Source: Schizochytrium sp. TIO01 (taxonomy: Eukaryota > Protista > Bigyra: Labyrinthulomycetes). From it: a stretch of DNA of 64,000 nt. Shown here piece by piece: positions 12,067 through 20,747 of this stretch (its first letter is position 1; every line of letters begins with the position of its first letter). The notes below the pieces were generated by a model, which ran no database searches, was not told the origin of the DNA, and worked only from the letters and a program-made list of their open reading frames with translations. Both the position numbers and the translations under genes were made by a program. The stretch is taken from NCBI GenBank assembly GCA_004764695.1, contig SMSO01000037.1, positions 4,502,747 through 4,566,746 on the forward strand, in the 5' to 3' direction.

Positions 12067-12598
12067 CACTTTTGCTAGTAGTGGATTATGGATGCTACTG
12101 TGTAATTACTTCTAAGTAGGGGTAGGAGTAGATAATGTTTTAATCAAAAGTTATATTTAATGATCAAAGGAAATGGTAGGTAGTACCTACTATGTTTTCT
12201 ACTAGGAGAGTTATTATTCTTTTAATAAAATGCACTTCATACAGATTGTCACAGAATTTGCTAAGCTCAGCGATAACATCAAAATTGTTTATATGTTAAA
12301 CGCAGAAATCAGGTGAATGCGTGCAGCAGTTCTTGAACTTCGAGGTGAGGCAATCTAGCAAGCAAACTGCATATCTTCAACACAACAGTCCACACCGAGA
12401 TTGGGTCGCGTACTATCAGAGGAGCAGCGTTTCTGACTTCTGATTTCTGAAAAGCCTCTTTCTGAAGAGGCTACCTTGCCACAGTGGTAGACCAACCTTC
12501 GTTGCAAAGCACTGCATCTACAGAAAAAGCCTCGGTGCATCCACCAGTAAACAAAGGCGAACTAATACGCAATACTAGACCGCCACCCAGATCAAAAA

Positions 12599-13393
12599 AT
12601 GTCGGGAGCCGAAGATAGAGTATCTACAAACAACACAGTGGAAATGAAAGCTGATGACTGTCGCATTGTCCAGTTCTTCATTTGCAATAACGACCCTAAT
12701 GTGTCTAGCTTAGGTGTGCGATTGAGTAAGAGTGACTTGTTTTCGAAGGCTATCAAAGATTACAAAAACCGCCTTCTCCCAGGAACTGCACTTGAGACTC
12801 TGCGCTTTTCCCTCGAAAACAAGTGCTTAGATGCTCAGAAGTCCATCGAAGAGCTGTAGGTTTTTTAAGTTTATGTATTTGCTTCTTCTCGAGACAAATC
12901 CTTTGGTACAAATTAACTAACTTGATTGACTGCAAATGTATTGTTCGTACAGTGGAATAAAGAATGGTGACTGTGTTATCTGTCATCAAGAGGGAGTAGA
13001 GCAAGGGACCACAAACAACAACACTGTCAAGGTGGTCCAAAAGGACACTCCAAATGATGGAATTGTTGTCTTGAACTTCAAGGGTGCAAGTATCGACTGC
13101 AGGAACATGAGACTTACGGTTCCCTCTAATAAACTCATGGGCGATGTCTGCAGGTTTTATCTGAAAAAGGCTGGTTCAGACCGAGATTTAAAGCAATGCA
13201 GGTTCCTTGTCGATGGGGTTTCTATTGATGCTGGCAAAACTGTTGCTGAAAAGTAAGTTTGAAACACACGATACTCTGTGTTGACCTTGTTATTTGACAA
13301 GCTAACTCACAAAGGAAAATCATTGATATGTACAGCGAAATAGAACATGAAGACCAGATTGACGTTTTTGCACCAGCAACCGGGGGATTTTAA
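12599..13393 (+). CDS. Tandem (di-) SUMO-like protein, 3 exons (12599-12855, 12953-13252, 13336-13393), 204 aa
   Basis: Two GT-AG introns (gtaggt..aactaac..tacag; gtaagt..gctaac..tacag) join two ORF fragments plus a short last exon in frame. Each half has the SUMO/Rad60-SLD pattern (LRF..e/DG..iD..kt..e.gi...D.i.v). Protein ends DQIDVFAPATGG-F*. Confidence 0.85.
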
Positions 13394-13551
13394 AATTTGT
13401 ATGGTGCTTGGAAGACAATACATAATAAAACTAGATTTAAACACTTTTAAAAGAGATAACTTTTGGCCTCAATTTCGCATTCATATTAACCTTATCTCAA
13501 CAGTGAACATTTTGAAAAGGTACTGCTCGTGCTTGTTAAACAACTTTGGGT

Positions 13552-14157
13552 TTATTTGCCAATTTCAAACACGTTTAGTGTCATTGCGACATACGAGTAA
13601 TAGCCAGAAATGGATACAGTTTCCACAATCTCTTTGTCAGTGAAATGCTTCTGCATCGCAGCGTAGGCTTCGTCAGACGCCTTGTGGCTGTAAAGTACTT
13701 CATGGATAAACCTTTGCATTACAGCCTCGCGATTGTCGCCCTCCAGCTGGCCACCAGACTCAAGGACATTAATGTAGTCCTCTGGAACGCCAGCACGGCG
13801 AGCCTCTTCAACGTGGATGTCCCATTCCGTCTGGCTTTGGCGAGCCTTTGCAGTGGTAAGGATAACAATTTCCGATTCGTACAAAGAAAGATCTGTCTCA
13901 TATCGGCAAATGCGGCCAAGGCCCTGCGCGGCCATGCAGAGATCTGGGTTCGCCAGCCATGGTCCGAAAGGGCCTTTGACTCCTGTCGTCCGTGTCCGCT
14001 GGATATCGTCCAGGATCTCCTTCTGGCGAGCATCGGGATTTGTAGGGCCTTTGAAGCGGCCTGTGCTAAAGCCCCGGCATGCTTGACTCTCTCGGGCTGT
14101 GCGAGCGAAGCTTTGAGATCTCCACCTCAAGTTCCGCAGCAAGCTCGAAGCGATCAT
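13552..14157 (-). CDS. Carboxymuconolactone decarboxylase/AhpD-like protein with mitochondrial-type presequence
   Basis: GPFGPWLANPDL..LG..RY..L...E.EIVIL......EW..H...AR.AG pattern of the CMD family; Arg/Ser-rich N-terminus. Confidence 0.82.
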   Translation of the reverse strand: MIASSLLRNLRWRSQSFARTARESQACRGFSTGRFKGPTNPDARQKEILDDIQRTRTTGVKGPFGPWLANPDLCMAAQGLGRICRYETDLSLYESEIVILTTAKARQSQTEWDIHVEEARRAGVPEDYINVLESGGQLEGDNREAVMQRFIHEVLYSHKASDEAYAAMQKHFTDKEIVETVSISGYYSYVAMTLNVFEIGK

Positions 14158-15207
14158 GTTTCCTGATGATGCACTCTGAAGTTCTCAAGCCTGCGTACCT
14201 TGGAGGTCGAAAAGGGCAAAGCACAGACACGTTCGAGGTTTGTATCTACTTTCAGAAACAAAGGTGGAAGGGCCAGGCACTTGGATCCGAGTCGGAATTA
14301 TGCGACGTTGAATCCAAGGTAGAATTGCGTTGAATTTCTTGGATAAACAAATCAACGAAGACCTAGGATAAATAAGGTCCGTCTATTACAACCTAATGAG
14401 CTAAGTCCTACAAAGGTGCTTGAAACGACCTCAAGTAGGCCACCTTGTTTTCCAATGTGAGATAGTTGAGTTCGGCAACCATGATAAAGATAGGGATGAT
14501 ACATCTTGCACTGGAAGAATTGTTATGGTTTACTTGTTTTATGTGATCTAAGAAAAATGGTACGATACACTACTAGTGGAAGGTTTAGGCAGATACATAG
14601 TAGTCTCAGTGAGCTCCAGACCAGGATTTGTGAAAGCACTATCTTGTGTAGACAAGATTCAAGAGTTCAAAGAAGCAGGCACGGTGAATGAACCCCTTGC
14701 CACTCTTACTATTCTCAGGTTATAAGTTAAGATTTTTTAGCCTGGGCAAAGGCTCAAGCCAAAGCAATCACTCATTGATTCCCCGCTGCTGCAGTGGACT
14801 TGGTACTACTATTAGCTCCACTTAGCCAGTGGCATTTCTATGAAATAACTATAAAAACAAAAGTTTATTTCTACCAGGTAGGGCAAAATTCTCGCATCCA
14901 TCCTGATTAACGCTGGACTATGAGACTCAACTGTTTTGTTCAAGTTCAAGTGAAGCATCTGACTCGAATGCACCTCGTTATAAGATCATTTGCAATTCTC
15001 TCCCGTTGCGGTAGTGGTAGTCAATAGTTTGTAATCTAGGTCTCAATATGGACCTAGAGGTCGAATCAACATCCTTTTCGTAGAATCAAATATGAAACCA
15101 GCGATTAAGCTTGATGCTTCCCCGAATGGCATGCACCTATGCATAATAGCACGTAAGTATTTAGCAAGCAAGCATTGACATCACGACAGCTAATATAAAC
15201 ACCAGGG

Positions 15208-15248
15208 TAAACTAAATCAGCCGACCAGTTGTTGGCTGATTTAGTTTA
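15208..15248. other. 18-bp inverted repeat / hairpin
   Basis: TAAACTAAATCAGCCGAC-cagtt-GTTGGCTGATTTAGTTTA, one G:T pair. Confidence 0.85.
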
Positions 15249-15676
15249 AGGTTCATTTGTTAAATTAGAGCTCTGCATCGCAATACCTGAGGCTGTCAAC
15301 TCCGCGTTTGGCCGGATCATTTTCTGAGACTCATGTGGCCACACTTGAATCCATCAACCAACGAGCATGCTCTAGAATTCAATCAACCCCCAAAGATTTC
15401 GGGTGACAATGGTATAGGCAAGCCAAAGAGGTATTTTAAGGGTGACTGTTTTTATGCCATTCGTTACCGATACCGCGGGATGCTTAACGGATGCGTTTGC
15501 GCTCTGTGAGTGCGTTTGCTCGCTGCCCTTGCCAAGGCTCGGTTCGGCAGACGCTGGGTTCCCCACTATCTCGAAGGTAGAACCTCTTACGGGTGAGCTA
15601 GTGGAAACGCGCTCTTGGTCAGGACCACAGAAGACCACGAGTAAAGAAGAAGTACTACTAGCCAAAGCATTAATGA

Positions 15677-15722
15677 ATTCATTCATTCATTCATTCATTC
15701 ATTCATTCATTCATTCATTCAT
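15677..15722. repeat. (ATTC)n microsatellite
   Basis: Read directly. Confidence 0.95.
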
Positions 15723-16744
15723 GCAGAATGTTGATTGGAGCAACCATGTGCACGTTAGAGGGGCTGCGAGGAAGTCAATTGGCCGGATTGCGAAGCCAGA
15801 AGGCAGCTTCCTGAAGCTGTCTTGCATAGCATTAATGCTGCCGAAGGCGAGGTGTATTTACCTTTTATGGCTCGATATCAAGAAGCGAAGAGTATCTCCT
15901 ACTACATAGGAGAGGTAGTAAGTAAGTAAGTAAGTAGGTAGTAGCGCTGGTTTCTTTCTATTGCCATGTGCAACTGGACAAGACAAATTTAGAAGCCTTC
16001 GGTCGTAAGGCGTGCCCTACCTACACGCAGATCTTGAAGTTTACTAGCTAGTGTCAACCAACACGACAGGCACAGGCAGCGATGGCCGAGGGGCCCACGT
16101 ATAGGGGGTACGACAGAGCCAAAGGGTGAATGAGGGAAAGAAAAAGGACTACTTAAAGAAAGCCACCCTATCTTCATGGTAAGAAAAGGAACAACATAAC
16201 CTGAGTTCACGAGGAATGTAATTTAATTTTATATGTATCTCAACTGCCTAAAGCTCATCGATCAAAGATAAACTACGGAGGGCTCCTGCTCATTTGGCCT
16301 TTCGCAGCGAAACGTGTATTGTCTCCTGGGAAACACAGGATCGCAGAAGTTGATCAACGACAAAGGAGGAATCAAAGAAAGCAGGAAAGAACGCTTTCAT
16401 CATCTTGTTATCTTTGTTTTTGTCTTTTCTTTTCTTTTCTTTTCTTTTCTTTCTTTTTGGTAAAAAGAAACAGAAACAATCACAATTTTTGGGCGAAAAA
16501 CAAAGACGCGCTGAGTCTCTCTCTCGCGACGGCCGCGCGAGGTTTGATATCGGCTGCGCCGCAACCCCTGCAGAATCCATTGAGTAACGCGTGGCATCAC
16601 TCAACTGACTCTGGGCGCACACTTGTTCTATCGTATTGCTCTGTTGCGATCGATAGGTCAAAGGGGCTTGAAGCAGAGCAGTCGACCAACACTTAGGAAT
16701 TAACTCTTGTGCGATCAGCTCGGCTTTACTACGCACGACTCAAG

Positions 16745-18493
16745 ATGGGCGAGGAATCAATCGCCAAATTTGGCAGCGCTGAGTTCATCTTCAACGCATG
16801 TGCCGCTCTAGGATGTGTTACACTGGCGTCTCTGGCGGCAGGCCTTACGATGGGTTTAATCGGCATCGACCCGATGCGGCTTCAGATCCTCATGGAATCC
16901 GAGGAGGCACACTGCACAAGCGTGAGACAGCGTAAGGAGCTCCGCGAAGAAAAGTCATGTGCCAAGTCGATTCTCCCAGTAGTCACCAGGCATCATTTAC
17001 TACTAGTGACCCTGCTGTTGCTTAACTCCATCGCAAACGAGTGCCTCCCGCTATTCTTAGACGAGATTGTACCAAGCTGGCTCGCGATCATTCTCAGTGT
17101 GACGCTTGTGCTTCTTTGTGGTGAAATCATTCCGAGTGCCATCTTCACTGGCCCAAATCAGCTCTACGTAGCGGCCCGATTCGTGCCAGTTGTAAAATTC
17201 ACAATGTTCATCATGTGGCCCATCGCCTACCCGATCAGCCGCATTCTGGACTACTGCCTCGGCGAGGAGCAGGATGACAAATTCAACAAAGCTGAGCTGA
17301 GGGCTCTCGTTAAACTTCACGGACAGACATCCCACCGAAGGTCTTCATCTGCAGCCAAAGCATCAGACACAGGTTCGAACCATGGAGGACGCAGGATGAC
17401 AGCTCGCGTGTCATCTGCTGAGATCAAGTCCAAGCTTACAGAGATTGGAGTCGACGAGCGCACCGCAAGTATGGCCGCCATGGCCACAGCGGCTGCAGCA
17501 GAGGCTATTGAGGAGGAAGAAAATGACTTCTGGGGCTCAGAAACCCATGGTCTCAACACGACGCTTGGAGCCGTTGCCGGAAACAACACCGTATCACCGG
17601 ATCTGGAAAACAGCCCTGGACTTGCAAGCCGTCACGATCTTTCCCGTGCTGGAAGCATGGCAACTACGCGCACCGATAACGGGCTCGAGCTGGATGAAAT
17701 CCTTATTATGAACGGAGCGCTCGATCTCAAAGAGACAACCGCAGAAGATAAAATGATCCCCCTAATGCACGTATACATGCTTAGTATGGAGGACACCCTC
17801 ACAATGTCGAAACTTGCTGACCTTGTGGCCGAGGGCCACAGTCGTATCCCCGTTTATGAAGGCGAGCGTACTAACATTCGTGGCTTGCTGCTTGTGAAAA
17901 AACTTATTGTAATTGACCCCAATGACTCCCGCCGCGTAGATACACTTTACCTGCGTATGCCCGTCTTCGTTAAGCCAGAGATCACTCTTTTGGAGCTTCT
18001 CAACGAATTCCAAAAGGGGCACAGTCATATGGCAATTGTCACGGACCAACCAGACACCATGGAGGCAAACATCAAAGCAGAAGAGCCCATTGACGAATCA
18101 GTCAATGTTTTCGGAATCTGTACTTTGGAAGATATCATGGAGGCTCTCATCCGTGAGGACATTAGCGACGAGACTGACTTTGCTGTCAGTGTTAAGCAAG
18201 CTTTGTTCACACAGCAACGCAAACAGCGCCTCACTGCATTTGCACTTAAGCAGAAGCAGCAGCGCAAGCTTGCTCTGTCCGGGGTTGCGGCTCTTGTTGG
18301 GGCCAAATCGCGTACCAAGACAGTCAATCCGACATCTTATGGCGCAGTCCGTGATGCATACTCATCAGGCACGATGAGTCCTCGATTTCAGCGCTCTCAG
18401 GATGACCAAGATGACGACGGGGCTCAGGACGCAGATGTAAACGGGTTGTCGACTGCTTCCCATAGTACCCCCTTGCTCCCGAAAGACAACTAA
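16745..18493 (+). CDS. CNNM/DUF21 + CBS-pair metal (Mg2+) transporter family protein
   Basis: AGLTMGL, HLLLVTLLLLN..ANECLP.FLD, GEIIPSA, GHSRIPVY, FQKGHSHMAIV, GICTLEDIME. Confidence 0.92.
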   Translation: MGEESIAKFGSAEFIFNACAALGCVTLASLAAGLTMGLIGIDPMRLQILMESEEAHCTSVRQRKELREEKSCAKSILPVVTRHHLLLVTLLLLNSIANECLPLFLDEIVPSWLAIILSVTLVLLCGEIIPSAIFTGPNQLYVAARFVPVVKFTMFIMWPIAYPISRILDYCLGEEQDDKFNKAELRALVKLHGQTSHRRSSSAAKASDTGSNHGGRRMTARVSSAEIKSKLTEIGVDERTASMAAMATAAAAEAIEEEENDFWGSETHGLNTTLGAVAGNNTVSPDLENSPGLASRHDLSRAGSMATTRTDNGLELDEILIMNGALDLKETTAEDKMIPLMHVYMLSMEDTLTMSKLADLVAEGHSRIPVYEGERTNIRGLLLVKKLIVIDPNDSRRVDTLYLRMPVFVKPEITLLELLNEFQKGHSHMAIVTDQPDTMEANIKAEEPIDESVNVFGICTLEDIMEALIREDISDETDFAVSVKQALFTQQRKQRLTAFALKQKQQRKLALSGVAALVGAKSRTKTVNPTSYGAVRDAYSSGTMSPRFQRSQDDQDDDGAQDADVNGLSTASHSTPLLPKDN

Positions 18494-18694
18494 GTCAGCC
18501 TACTTCATTCTGTCCATCTAGGTCTAGCTAGTGATACCCTGAACACCACACCACCACCACAAACAACAACAGCAAAAACACCAAGAACAATAACACTGGT
18601 GGTAGTGGTAATAGCTAATAGCTGTTGCATGTCAATGACTAGGCTCGCTCAGGCTGGGTGAATGAAATTTCTGTGTGCCATGTGCCATTGATGA

Positions 18695-19180
18695 TCACCA
18701 ATATTCCGTACGTCCAGTAACAGTTAAAACCATAATAATATTAAACACCCAAAGTACTTGCCTAGGAGGCGCAACCCTAATCGATCCAGAGGATTCGACC
18801 TCAGAAAAGCATGTGCCACCGTACTGGTCTACGCAGATTACAGGCACGTAAATCGCGTTTCCCAGATCGTCGAAATTTTGTGTCCACACCTCATCAGAAG
18901 AATAGCCCCAATTCTGGATTTTGTACGGCGACTCTGTAGAACGGGAGAGGCATCGCGAGTCAAGGGCCCAGCATGAGGTTCGTTCACCCGCATGTGTGCA
19001 GTGATCGCAGTTTAAGGTCGATCCTCCAGGAAGACACACGGCGAGGGCTACGTTTTCACGATTGCTGACTGACTCACCGCTCTGCAGAGGATAGCAGCTG
19101 CTAGCTTCAGCCCCATGCCAGCTCCCACATATAACCAAAGTTATAGCGAGCTGTGCAAGCCAACCAAGCTGCAGCATCAT
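18695..19180 (-). CDS. Small secreted Cys-rich protein with C-terminal hydrophobic tail (GPI or TM)
   Basis: Signal peptide ending ..HGAEA, 8 Cys in the mature region, Ser/Gly spacer, then VLWVFNIIMVLTV. Confidence 0.65.
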   Translation of the reverse strand: MMLQLGWLAQLAITLVICGSWHGAEASSCYPLQSGESVSNRENVALAVCLPGGSTLNCDHCTHAGERTSCWALDSRCLSRSTESPYKIQNWGYSSDEVWTQNFDDLGNAIYVPVICVDQYGGTCFSEVESSGSIRVAPPRQVLWVFNIIMVLTVTGRTEYW

Positions 19181-19666
19181 GGTGCAGATAAGCCAGAAGT
19201 TGAGAATTGCCTGGAATTCTTAGTTGACTTTGGTTCTCATATGAAAAAAGACCGTTGCACCCGAGCGAGCCATGAAAAGTCGCTCGAATGTCTACGCTTT
19301 TCTAACAGGAGTTGGTATCAAGAAGCGCAGATATCTCATGGCTTAGGCCCTACCAAATACGGAGAGAGTAATCCAAGCATATACTAAAAAAGGAAAGGTT
19401 TTCCCTGATAAACATTGAAAAAAAACAAAAACATATTGGATACTTATTGGAGAAACTAGCAGAATAGAAATGGCAGGAGAGCAGGTTATAGCTGCTGTAG
19501 GCTGTCCCCTTAGGCAGAAAAGGTAAATTTCAATGTTTGTGGCCCTATTTCCCGCACGAATTGATCAAATGCGGTAACTGTAGTTCAGGTTGTGTTGGAT
19601 TATATCATAATCCGCTCATGGATTGAAGTTGGTAGATACCTTCAAACTGTCGCTTGAACGAGGTGA

Positions 19667-20155
19667 TTACAGATTTTCAACAAGTTCAACTTCTTTATGA
19701 ATAATTGTTTCATGGTCTGCTGCAAAGTCAAAGCGGGCGGTAAAGCAGGATTTTCCGTGCAATAAATGCTCGTACCAGTGGATATCATCAGCCCACATTT
19801 TATCATACGGAATGCTATCCGTGGAGAACCACTGTGGCTTCATTTCTTCGCTTTCACGAGGTTCCAGGGGCATACATCCAGTCGCTCTGAAGACGTGCAC
19901 CAAAAGTTCCTGGGGCATATCTTCGTAAGAGTAAATAACTCGACCCAAGAGCTGCGGGTCCACCATCTCGACTCCTGCCTCTTCACGGAGCTCTCGTTGT
20001 GCACCTTGCAAAGGAGACTCCCCAGCTTCAAGTTTGCCTCCAAAACCGTTCCATTTGCCCATGCCAAATCCACGTTTCTTCATCCCTAGCAATACGCGAT
20101 CTCCAGCCACTACAAAGGCATTTGTCAACTCCTTGCGAGGAAGTGCCTGCGCCAT
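19667..20155 (-). CDS. NUDT1: Oxidized purine nucleotide triphosphatase (MTH1, Nudix)
   Basis: LLGMKKRGFGMGKWNGFGGK, Nudix box G..EAGES...AQRELREEAG, ESEEMKPQWF, IPYDKMWADD. ATG at 20155. Confidence 0.93.
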   Translation of the reverse strand: MAQALPRKELTNAFVVAGDRVLLGMKKRGFGMGKWNGFGGKLEAGESPLQGAQRELREEAGVEMVDPQLLGRVIYSYEDMPQELLVHVFRATGCMPLEPRESEEMKPQWFSTDSIPYDKMWADDIHWYEHLLHGKSCFTARFDFAADHETIIHKEVELVENL

Positions 20156-20747
20156 GATGACCACAGCAACTTCACTATACACCCAGGAAGATATTGTACC
20201 AAGACCGAAGGTTTCCTTGGCGCAAGACACGAGACACAGCTGACCCGACCCTCTCAGGTTGCAAGCTCACCCACGGTCTGTTGTCTTCATGCTCTGGTCC
20301 TCAACGCGCGTAGGTTTGCTCATTCTGCCATAAAAGAGTGAGTGAGCTCTAGCCATTCAACATTGACATAACCATCGCATTGCTCGACGTCGCCACCCTA
20401 CGGTTTTCGTTATCCGGTGAGAGGCTATCATCAGATGCAATAGGGCTCAGTGCTGTAAGGTAGGCCGTCAATGAAAGAGGACGAGTGAGGAAACCAAGGC
20501 CCTGCCAAGGACACGCAGGTTCGCGCGTTGCTGTTCATACCTCCTAGCCCGCCTGCCGCTATGCATTCTACCCACAAATGTGGTGACTATAGAAAGGTAT
20601 GGAGTCTGGGGCCTTCAAAGATGTAGTCCTTGGTGATTCGGCCTCACACACCCCTAGCGTGGAACTTTCCGAGACCAAGTATCCCTCGTTCGATCCAATG
20701 GATGCAAGCTAGTAAGCAAATCCCAAACTCAGAGCGCCTAGGAGTGA

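Noticed and set aside
15442-15909. 155-aa ORF
   Set aside because: Non-ATG start and spans the (ATTC)n repeat; no family features.
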